Assembly: GCA_963848295.1 (NCBI GenBank) | Contig: CAWKDB010000010.1 | Location: forward strand, 4,608,001 to 4,672,000 | From: an uncultured delta proteobacterium | GTDB lineage: Bacteria > Myxococcota_A > Polyangia > Haliangiales > Haliangiaceae | Direction of reading: 5' to 3' | Length of the DNA: 64,000 bases | In this document: piece by piece, positions 55,708 through 64,000 of the stretch | Layout of the letters: every line of letters starts with the position of its first letter | How positions within the stretch are numbered: position 1 is the stretch's first letter | Position numbers and translations under genes: made by a program | Notes under the pieces: generated by a model | What the model was told of the DNA's origin: nothing | Databases searched by the model: none | Seen by the model: only the letters and a program-made list of their open reading frames with translations

Positions 55708-56394
55708 TCAGCGCAGATCGGCGCCGTCGAACACGCGATCGTGCTCGTCGCCCTCGCCGATCCGGATCAGCGCGGAGCCGAGCACGTCGGGCGTCGTCGA
55801 TTTGTATTTCGCGCGCAGCTGCCGGCTGAACACGCCGGCGACCGCGAGCAACCCGTCGCCGATGATCGCGGCACTGCGCTCGCCGATCCGTGACTCGTCG
55901 CGGTCACCCGTGATGATCGCCGGGCGCGCGATCACCCACGGCAAGCCCGAGCCGCGCACCGCGTCTTCCGCTTTGCCGCGCGCTTTCATGTACGCACCGC
56001 GCGCGCTCGCGTCCGCGCCGAGGCCGGACAAGTAGACGAGGCGCGGCACGACCTCGGAGGCGCGCGCCGCGTCGACCGCGATCTTCGTGAGGCCGTAGTC
56101 GACGGTCTCGTAGATGTCGCCGGCGACGCCATCGGACTTCGCCTTGCCGCGCGTCGTGCCGATCAAGATGTAGATCTGCGCCGGCGCGAGCTCGCGCCAT
56201 CGCGCCGCCATCGCGGTCGCGTCCCACGGCGTCGTGTCGAGCTCTGCGCCGAGCTCGGTGAACGTCGCGCGCCAGTCGGCGAGCTTGCTCGAATCCGGGC
56301 GGACATGCGCGTACGGCTTGCCACCGCGCACGCACAGCTGGCGGACGACCTCGCGGCCGACAAAGCCGGTCGCGCCGAGGACGAACGCGGTCAT
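55708..56394 (-). CDS. NAD(P)H-binding atypical SDR/epimerase-like protein
   Basis: FVLGATGFVG; YMKARGKAE; IARPAII. Confidence 0.85.
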   Translation of the reverse strand: MTAFVLGATGFVGREVVRQLCVRGGKPYAHVRPDSSKLADWRATFTELGAELDTTPWDATAMAARWRELAPAQIYILIGTTRGKAKSDGVAGDIYETVDYGLTKIAVDAARASEVVPRLVYLSGLGADASARGAYMKARGKAEDAVRGSGLPWVIARPAIITGDRDESRIGERSAAIIGDGLLAVAGVFSRQLRAKYKSTTPDVLGSALIRIGEGDEHDRVFDGADLR

Positions 56395-56422
56395 GGTTGC
56401 CTTCGCTCGGCCTCGCGTGTGC

Positions 56423-57367
56423 TCATAGCTTCGCCAGCGCCGCCTGCATGCGGGCGCGCAACGGCTCGACGACCGCCGGATCCTTGATGTTGATCACCGG
56501 CTCGGTGTCGTATTGCTCGTAGAACACGCTGTCTTTCGCATCCGCGGGGACGCCGAGCGCTTCGCGGATCCGCTTGAAGTCCGGGATGAACCCGCGATCG
56601 ATCAGCGGGATCACGGTGCCGGTGATCGTGCCGGTCAGGCCGCAGATCAGCACGATCGCGTTGGCCGGCGTGAACCCGCCGGCCGGCAGCCCGAGGCGGT
56701 GCTCGAACTCCGCGAGCCGCGCGCCGTCGAAGAACGCCTCGACGCGACCGGTATCGCCGCGCCACGCCGGCGCCTCTTTCGGCCGGCTGACCGTGCCCCA
56801 GTAATGCAGCTTGTTGCGCTCGACCATCTGCATCAGCTCGTCGCGATAGCCGAGGTCGGCGGGATACGACGCACCGTGCAGCAGGACGTACTTCGACAGA
56901 TCCGCATTCGGATTCCGCCTCAGCTCGCTGCGCACCATGCTGAGAAACGGCGCCGAGCCGGTACCGGCGGCGACCATGACGCGGAGCCGCGGATCGTCGA
57001 CGCCGACCGTGTCCTTGACGGTGAACACGCCGGCGGCGACCGGGCGCATGTACATCCGATCGCCGGCCTTGAGCTTCCACAACAGGTGCGTGAGAGGGTT
57101 CTCCGACTCCGGCTTGGCCACCCAGCGGATGTAGAACTCGGTCGCGCCATCGTCTTCGGGTGCCGACGCGATCGACATCGAGCGCCGTACCGAGCCGAGC
57201 TCCGGCTTCGCCTCGTTGTTCATCCCGAGCACGCAGTACTGGCCGGGCACGAACCACGGCCGTTCCGCAGGCATCTGATCTGGCTTGACGCGAAACAGCG
57301 TCAGCGCGTCGGTGAGATCGACGCGCTCGCTCAGCGTTGCGTTGTACTCCAGTAGCTTGGGCGCCAT
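56423..57367 (-). CDS. Ferredoxin-NADP reductase (Fpr-like)
   Basis: FVPGQY, RRSMSIAS, AAGTGSAPFLSM, VSRP, ICG, FYEQY. Confidence 0.8.
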   Translation of the reverse strand: MAPKLLEYNATLSERVDLTDALTLFRVKPDQMPAERPWFVPGQYCVLGMNNEAKPELGSVRRSMSIASAPEDDGATEFYIRWVAKPESENPLTHLLWKLKAGDRMYMRPVAAGVFTVKDTVGVDDPRLRVMVAAGTGSAPFLSMVRSELRRNPNADLSKYVLLHGASYPADLGYRDELMQMVERNKLHYWGTVSRPKEAPAWRGDTGRVEAFFDGARLAEFEHRLGLPAGGFTPANAIVLICGLTGTITGTVIPLIDRGFIPDFKRIREALGVPADAKDSVFYEQYDTEPVINIKDPAVVEPLRARMQAALAKL

Positions 57368-57403
57368 CGCGGGGACGCTATCATGGCACCGCGCCGACGG
57401 TCA

Positions 57404-57916
57404 CTACGACTGGCTGGCGAGCCGTGGGGCGTTCTGTAGTGTCTGCCAGGCGTCGGCGCGCGCCTCATCGAGCTGCGTCATCGCGGTCGTGGTGACGTCG
57501 TCGCTCGTCCGCCAATCGTCTGGTTGGGCCGAGCGCAGCTCGTTCAGCTCGTTCGCCATGTCGTCGAGGCGGAGGTCGAGCGTTTGGACCTTCGCGTCCA
57601 CCGCCTCGCGCCCGGCGGTCGTCAGCGGTGCCGCGTCGGCCAAGGTCGAGATCAGCTCGGGTTGAGTCGCGATCACCGAGCGTTGCGCCGACAAGGCATC
57701 GACGCGAGCCGTGCGCCGAAGCTCGAACTGGTCGACCGCCGACACGATGTTGAACGACCTCGCGACCAAGCCGTGCGTGCCATGCGCGTCGTCGAAGTTG
57801 TTCATCGCGTGAATCGCGCGATCCGCGGCCCGATCCGCTTGGCGTTGATTCGCCGGCTTGCAGGCGGCGGTGGAGATCAGCGTGACGCCGAGAATGATGC
57901 TTCCGAGGGTGTGCAT
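57404..57916 (-). CDS. Helical lipoprotein of unknown function
   Basis: AAGGAG SD; TAAC lipobox; coiled-coil character. Confidence 0.65.
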   Translation of the reverse strand: MHTLGSIILGVTLISTAACKPANQRQADRAADRAIHAMNNFDDAHGTHGLVARSFNIVSAVDQFELRRTARVDALSAQRSVIATQPELISTLADAAPLTTAGREAVDAKVQTLDLRLDDMANELNELRSAQPDDWRTSDDVTTTAMTQLDEARADAWQTLQNAPRLASQS

Positions 57917-57940
57917 GACGAACTCCTTGCCCCACACACG

Positions 57941-57956
57941 AGCATCGCGCGTGCCA
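57941..57956 (-). promoter_or_regulatory. Sigma54 promoter
   Basis: TGGCACGCGCGATGCT (GG-N10-GC) about 25 nt upstream of the ATG at 57916. Confidence 0.6.
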
Positions 57957-58012
57957 GTGCAAGCGCGGCGATCGCGAAGCCCCACGTGTAGCGCTCGCGC
58001 TCGCGTGTGCGA

Positions 58013-59615
58013 TCAGGCCGGGCTGCGCAGGATCAGCGCCTTGAACTCGTGCGGCACGAGGCCCATCAGTCGATCCTCGATCTTGTCCCAGCGCAGATCG
58101 CCGACGGTGGCGAGGTCGAGCTTGCCCGCGAGCGCGGCCTCGAACAGCTCGGGCGTGTAGCCGATCTTCGGGAGATCGACCCCGGCATCGCTCGCGAGCG
58201 CGCGCAGCGCCCGCCACTGGCTGCGCGTCGTCGCGAGCCCGCGCTGCGTGCGATCGACGTCGAGCAGATCGATCACGAACTCGACGGTTGCTTCGAGCCC
58301 TCTGCCGCGCGCGATCTGTTGGAGGTGGCCGAAGTGCGTCGACAGCTCGGGATGGTCGAGCTGGGTCGACAGCCGCGGCCACTGGGCGGAGTCGCCGAAC
58401 TCGGTGACGATCGCGGTGCCACCCGGTGCGAGCCAGTCGGCGATTCGCTTCGTCAGGTCCCACGCGCCGGTCTGCAAGTAGAACGACTCGGGCGCATCGT
58501 CGATCGCGAGCCCGTACTCCGCGGCGATCGCGGTCGCGGTCTCGCCGCGCTCGAAGTGGCTCGCGGTCAGATCGCCGACCATCTCGTTCGCGATCACGAG
58601 ATCGAAGGTGCCTTCGACGGGCGCGGACAACGCGTCGCCGATCACCCAGGTCGCGGCGCTGCCGACCCGCGCGCGCTGAGCCTCGGCGAGCGCAGGGGCG
58701 AGCTCGAGGATCGTGTAGCTGACCGTGCGACCGGCGGCGCGCAACCGCGCGATCGCGTCGCGCGCGACGTAGCCCAGGCCGCCGCCGATCTCGAGCACGC
58801 GCACGCTGCCCTCCCGGATCGCGCCGCGTGCGGCCAGCGCGTCGACGAGCGCCTCGCCGTAGGTCCGGCCGCGCAGCGCCGGGTGCGGCACGCGCAACAG
58901 ATGCGACAGCGTCGTCTCGAGATGATCGAACTGCGCGTCGGCGTCACCGACCTCGTGGCGGTAATAGTCATCGAGCGCGATCGGCGCCGGCACCGGCGAG
59001 CCCGGGTGCCACGGCCGATAGGGCATCGTCGATGCGAGGTATGCCGGCGCGAGGCCCGGCCGCTTCGCGTAGGTCGAGGCCGGCATCATCGACAGCTTCA
59101 CCGCCTGGACGTCGCTGTGCGTCAGCCGGCGCACGAGCGCCGACGAGCTTGTCGGCCGGGAACTTCAGCCGCAGCTCGTTGAGCCGCTTGTCGCCGTCGA
59201 ACGCGTCCCACATCGCGGTCTCTTCGGCGTCGAGCATGACCTCGGTGACCGGACGATCGCCCCACGCGGTCCACAGCACCAGCCGATCGCCGCGCCGCTG
59301 CCACACGTTCCACTTGCCTTTGATCGCCGCGAACGGCCACACCGCATCGAGCTCGTCTTCATCCGGCTCGTTGAGCACCGAGTGCGCCATCAACACGTCG
59401 ATGAACTGCGCCGGGTCGGCGCCTTCAAATCGGCCGGTGAACCGCTCGATCACGCGCGCGGTCTCGGCGCCATCGGCAAAAGCCTCGATCAGGTCGGCGA
59501 TGTCGGCGCTCATCTCCATCAAGTAGCCGAACAGATCGTGGAACAAGTACACCGCGCCCATGTGGGCGAACCACGAGAGGTGGGTCGAGCGGCGCAGGCG
59601 AGCCGGCGTAGCCAT
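58013..59615 (-). CDS. SAM-dependent methyltransferase with N-terminal tandem RRE/PqqD-like domains (frameshift near 59135)
   Basis: VLEIGGGLG, ILELAPAL, GDAL, ANEMVGDL; N-terminus MATPARL.. in ORF 58968..59723 joins at DKLVA-LVRRL. Confidence 0.65.
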
Positions 59616-59648
59616 TTCTCCGTTCGTACCACGGTGTATGCTCGCGCC

Positions 59649-60795
59649 GTGGCGTACCTGTTCGAGACCGAGGAGCACGCCGCGATCCGCGCGACGGCGC
59701 GGCCGGTTCGCGCAACAGCACATCGCGCCGCATGGCGCCGAGTGGGAAGAGGCCGAGGAGTTCCCGGTCGAGCTCTATCGCACCGCCGCGCAAGCCGGCG
59801 TGACCGGCATCGGCTATCCCGAGGACGCTGGGCGGGCAGGGCGGCGATCTCGGCCACGTGCTGGTCGCGTGCGAGCGAGCTGATCCTCGCCGGTCGCTCG
59901 GTCGGCACGGTCGTCGGGCTCGGCACGCACGGCATCGCGCTGCCGCCGATCATCCGGTTCGGTACGCCGGAGCAGCAGCGAGCGGTTCGTGGCCCCGTGC
60001 CTGCGCGACGGCAAGATCGCCGCGCTCGCGATCACCGAGCCGGGCGGCGGCAGCGACGTCGCTTCGCTGACGACGCGCGCCGTGCGCGACGGCGATCACT
60101 ACGTCGTCTCCGGCGCGAAGACGTTCATCACATCGGGCACGCGCGCCGACTTCGTGACGACCGCGGTGCGCACCGGCGGCGACGGCCACGGCGGCGTGTC
60201 GCTGCTCGTGATCGAGCGCGGCACGCCGGGCTTCACCGTGTCGAAGAAGCTGAAGAAGACCGGCTGGTGGGCGAGCGACACCGCCGAGCTCCACTTCGAT
60301 GGCTGCCGCGTGCCGGTCGGCAATCGCATCGGCCCCGAGCACGGCGCGTTCCCGATGATCATGATGAACTTCGCGGGCGAGCGACTGGTCCTCGCCGGGC
60401 AGTGCGTCGCGATCGCCGAGCTCGCGTATCGCGAATCGATCGCCTACGTGAGAGAGCGCAAGGCGTTCGGCAAGACGCTCGCCGGGTTTCAGGTCACGCG
60501 CCACAAGCTCGCCGACATGGTGAGCCGCATCGCGGCGGCGCGCGCGCTCGTCGGCGAGGCGGTAACGCGCGTCTTGCGCGGCGAGCAACCGGCCGGGCTC
60601 GCCGCGATGGCGAAGAACGTCGCGACCGATATGTGCAGCTTCGTCTGCGACCAGGCGGTCCAGTTGCACGGCGGCTACGGCTATATGCGCGAGACGCTCG
60701 TCGAGCGGCTCTATCGCGACGCGCGGCTCTATCCGATCGGCGGCGGCACGCGCGAGATCATGAACGAGGTGATCGGCAAGCTCGAAGGGTACTGA
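59649..60795 (+). CDS. Acyl-CoA dehydrogenase (frameshifted 5' part)
   Basis: AITEPGGGSDV, GAKTFITSG, SDTAEL, RKAFG, QLHGGYGY, YRDARL.PIGGGT. Confidence 0.85.
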
Positions 60796-62030
60796 TGTGG
60801 CGGTCGGTCCCGCGCGCGCTGTATGTCGGCTATGCGATCCCGATTGCACTGGTCGTCGCGTCGATCCTCTCGTGGCTCGTGACCGAGCGTCAGACGTGGT
60901 TGCAGTTGTCGGTCGTTCAGGTTGCCACGTCCGCGACGGCCACACTGATGATCGCGATCGGTGCGTTTCAGGTTGCACGGGCTCATACCGGTTGGCGAGC
61001 GATCGCGGCGCAGGTCGCCGGCGCAGTGGCGTTATTCCAGCTCGTCGTGGGGGCCGCGGGGCTGGTGATCTTCACGTTCCTGAAACCGTTGGGGACCGCG
61101 TTCACGTCCATCGCGGTCGCCGCGATCGGCTACGGCAACTCGGCGGGGGTGATCATCGTCGCCGCGGCGTTGGCTGTGACATCGCGCCGGCTGACCCTCG
61201 GACTCGTGGCTGCAGCGGTCGGGCTTGCGTTCCTTCAGCATCCGCCACCGGCGCTTCAGTCGCTGTTCTACGGGCGAACAAGCTCGGATTGGCTCACGCT
61301 TGCGCTCGTGCTCTCGCCGCTCGCTGGTGCGCTCGTGCAGCTCGGCGCGGTCGGCGATGGGCTGCGTGGCAAGCGCCTCGGTCTGCGCCGGGTTCGGAGC
61401 GCGGTTCGAGGTAGCGGGCTCGCCGGCGTCGCGACCTGGGCGGCTGCGGTAGCCGCTGCGATCGCAGGCGTGGTCATGCAGCTGGTGAGCTGGGACTCGG
61501 GCGCGCTCGTGCTCGGTGTCGCCGGCGCGGTCATCTCGATCGTGCTCGTCGTTGCGGCGAGCGCGGTCGGGCGAGCGCACCACGAGGCGATTTCTAGTCT
61601 GCTTGTCAACATCGCGCTTGCCGGTGCGTGCGCCGCGGTGATCGCCTTGGCCTACTTGCTCGCGCTCTCCGTCGCGGTCGCGGGCAAGCTGCAGTCCGCG
61701 ATCGCGATGCGGGGCGTCAGCGAGTCGAGACCACTCGACGCCATGCCGTTCGCCGCCTTAGGCGGCGGGCTTGCGCTCGCGTGCTTGGGCTTCGCGTTGT
61801 GGCGCTACGCCCGGCATCGGCATGCGACTCGACTAGCGCACTCGCTCGCGAGCCGGCTCGCGGCGTTCGTCGTCGTGCCAGCGGTCGCGTTCGCGGTGGG
61901 CCGCGACGAGCCGGCGATCGTCATCGGGGCGATCGCACTCGCATCGGCGATGCTGGCCGGCGGATTCTTCGCCGCGGCGCGCGAGCTCGAGGGTGACATC
62001 GTCGATTCGACCGCCGCGGTCTTCGCGTAG
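60795..62030 (+). CDS. Multi-pass membrane protein of unknown function
   Basis: About 12 hydrophobic segments; TGATG coupling. Confidence 0.6.
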   Translation: MWRSVPRALYVGYAIPIALVVASILSWLVTERQTWLQLSVVQVATSATATLMIAIGAFQVARAHTGWRAIAAQVAGAVALFQLVVGAAGLVIFTFLKPLGTAFTSIAVAAIGYGNSAGVIIVAAALAVTSRRLTLGLVAAAVGLAFLQHPPPALQSLFYGRTSSDWLTLALVLSPLAGALVQLGAVGDGLRGKRLGLRRVRSAVRGSGLAGVATWAAAVAAAIAGVVMQLVSWDSGALVLGVAGAVISIVLVVAASAVGRAHHEAISSLLVNIALAGACAAVIALAYLLALSVAVAGKLQSAIAMRGVSESRPLDAMPFAALGGGLALACLGFALWRYARHRHATRLAHSLASRLAAFVVVPAVAFAVGRDEPAIVIGAIALASAMLAGGFFAAARELEGDIVDSTAAVFA

Positions 62031-62033
62031 CCG

Positions 62034-63929
62034 CTAAGCCGCGTCGTGCGCCGGGACGAGCTGGCGGAGATGCCACGCTTGAAGCTCGAACCGACGGCTC
62101 GCCTCGCGTTGCCGCTGCGCCATCATCCGCGACAGCACTGCCACCACAGCGAGGAGCGCGATGAGCAACACCGCGAACGCGACCTGCACCGGCGCGGAGT
62201 GGAAACTGACGATCGGCGAGTCGAGCACGAGCGTGCCGTCGACGAATTTGTAGGTCGGAGCCACCGCGCCGACCAGCTCGAGGCCCCAAGGCACGACCAC
62301 CGAAGAGGCGAGGATCATCGCGATGATCCCGATCCGACCGAACCGCGGATGCGCGGCGTACCCCATCAACGTCGTGGCGACGAGCGTCGGGGCGATGATG
62401 AACGGCCCGACCATCCGGCAGATCAGTCCGATCAGCAGCGCGTTGATACAGGCGTTGAAGTAGATGCCGCCCGACGTGATCCGGTCGCGGCGGGTCAGCC
62501 GATAGACCTGGAACGCACTCGCGAGCGCGAGCGCCGCAAACGCGACGACGAACGTCGTATCGCGAACTCCAGTCCACAACAACAGCGGAACGAACGCGAG
62601 GTAACCGAACAGCGACAGCGCGGCAAACCGTCCCTGCGATCGCGCCATCTCGGTGTCGACCTTCTCGAGCACGGCCTCGACTTCGGCGGGCATTTCGTTT
62701 GGCGGGCGCAGCACGAGCGTGGTGACGAGCTCGGCCGCCTCGGTCGCGGTCGGATCGAGCGCGAGCGCACGGCCGGCAGCTCGCATCGCGGTGCGGCGGT
62801 TCGCTTCGTCGTTGCCGCGGGCGATCGCGTCGCGGGCCTCGGCGATCTGGGCGATGGCGAGCTCGCGGCGCATCGCGACGTCGCGGTCTCCGTCGAGGAA
62901 TGCTTGGACCGCTTCGCCGAGCTTGCGCGCCGAGGGTCGCGCGGCGGGGTCGAGCTGGGTTGCGGCCACGCAGATCGCATCGAGCTCCGGCGGGGCGTCT
63001 GGGTTCGAGGCCGACGGCCGCGAGTCGACGGTCGGCATCGCGATGCTCGACAACGGCCGGTGGTCGCGGTGCAACGGCTGCCCGGCGACGATCTCGTAGA
63101 GAATGCAGCCAAGCGCGTAGATATCGGCCGGCGGGCCGGCGCGCTCGCCGGCGAGCTGCTCGGGCGCCATGTAGCCGAGAGTGCCGAGTACGGTGCCGGC
63201 TTGGGTGTCGCCGGTGTCGAGCTTGAGGTCGCCCTGACTCGGGCGCGCGATCGTGCCGGAGTCGTCGGCCTCGGTCACCGCGCGCGCGATGCCCCAATCG
63301 AGCACGTAGACCTCGCCGAAGTCGCCGAGCATGACGTTCGACGGCTTGAGATCGCGATGGACGATGCCCTTCGAGTGGGCGAGCTCGATCGCGAGGCAGA
63401 CGTCGGCGAACGCGCGCAGCAAGCGACGGCGCACGCCGGCATCGTCGGCGCCGCCGCGCAGGAGTGCGCTCATCACCGTTCCCTGCAAACGCTTCATCAC
63501 GAAGAATGGTTTGCCGTCGCGATCGACCGCGAGATCGTGGACTGGGACGACCGCCGGGTGCTCGAGTCGCCCTTGAACGCGAGCTTCGCGCACGAACCGT
63601 GCGAGCTCTTCGGCGCTCGGTGCGTCGGCGCGGATTCGCTTGATCGCGACCTCGCGACCGATCTGTTCGTCGAACGCGACGACGACCTCACCCATGCCGC
63701 CGCGGCCGAGCAGCTCGCCGAGCCGATAGCGCGATCCATCGGCCGCTGTGGAGAGCGGGTGCTCGCGCGAGCGAGCGCCGGTCAGCGGCGTGGTGCCGAC
63801 TCCGCTGTCGACCACCGCGGTGGCCGCGACCGCGGGATCGGTGCGCGCGCGATTGGGTGCGTGGCCGTCGAGCGTCGTCGCCGGCGGTTGTTGGAGCGTC
63901 TCGTCGGTGCTGCCGTCGTCGTCGACCAT
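62034..63929 (-). CDS. Ser/Thr protein kinase with C-terminal multi-TM domain
   Basis: GRGGMG, VAIK, HRDLKPSN, DWG, GTLGYMAPE; several TM helices. Confidence 0.9.
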   Translation of the reverse strand: MVDDDGSTDETLQQPPATTLDGHAPNRARTDPAVAATAVVDSGVGTTPLTGARSREHPLSTAADGSRYRLGELLGRGGMGEVVVAFDEQIGREVAIKRIRADAPSAEELARFVREARVQGRLEHPAVVPVHDLAVDRDGKPFFVMKRLQGTVMSALLRGGADDAGVRRRLLRAFADVCLAIELAHSKGIVHRDLKPSNVMLGDFGEVYVLDWGIARAVTEADDSGTIARPSQGDLKLDTGDTQAGTVLGTLGYMAPEQLAGERAGPPADIYALGCILYEIVAGQPLHRDHRPLSSIAMPTVDSRPSASNPDAPPELDAICVAATQLDPAARPSARKLGEAVQAFLDGDRDVAMRRELAIAQIAEARDAIARGNDEANRRTAMRAAGRALALDPTATEAAELVTTLVLRPPNEMPAEVEAVLEKVDTEMARSQGRFAALSLFGYLAFVPLLLWTGVRDTTFVVAFAALALASAFQVYRLTRRDRITSGGIYFNACINALLIGLICRMVGPFIIAPTLVATTLMGYAAHPRFGRIGIIAMILASSVVVPWGLELVGAVAPTYKFVDGTLVLDSPIVSFHSAPVQVAFAVLLIALLAVVAVLSRMMAQRQREASRRFELQAWHLRQLVPAHDAA

Positions 63930-64000
63930 CGCCGCAATAGTACGCTCCAGCCGCGGCTGTTCGCGCCGGCCGGCCGTGTTGCATGGGGGCTACCGAGCGC

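Overview
This is a GC-rich bacterial chromosomal window. It is most likely Myxococcota (Kofleriaceae/Haliangiales-like), inferred from MYXO-CTERM tails, a TIGR04551-like barrel, five Ser/Thr kinase-fold genes and a 'CGRIGF' lipoprotein. I support about 57 CDSs and one tRNA-Arg(TCT), and found no CRISPR, rRNA, integrase or transposase. Five genes are broken by frameshifts, probably long-read indel errors. The main candidate system is a ~12-kb PhaR-regulated polyhydroxyalkanoate locus (9.4-21.2 kb) with no phaA/phaB in the window. It carries two class III-like PhaC synthases, a mini PhaE-like protein, an acyl-CoA ligase, a JEN1/NanT-like MFS, a phasin-like protein, two paralogous lipoproteins, and a lipoprotein alpha/beta-hydrolase fused through a (GS)n microsatellite linker to an outer-membrane beta-barrel, with PhaR-type boxes at its promoters. 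Other notable items: an orphan PAAR + mini-spike module, a pseudokinase-receiver fusion, tandem QExxH metzincin-like surface proteins, a methyltransferase with two RRE-like domains, a sigma54 EF-hand/HK/RR cassette, a TipA with its operator, and signs of widespread leaderless transcription. All family calls come from motif recognition by eye; no searches were run.
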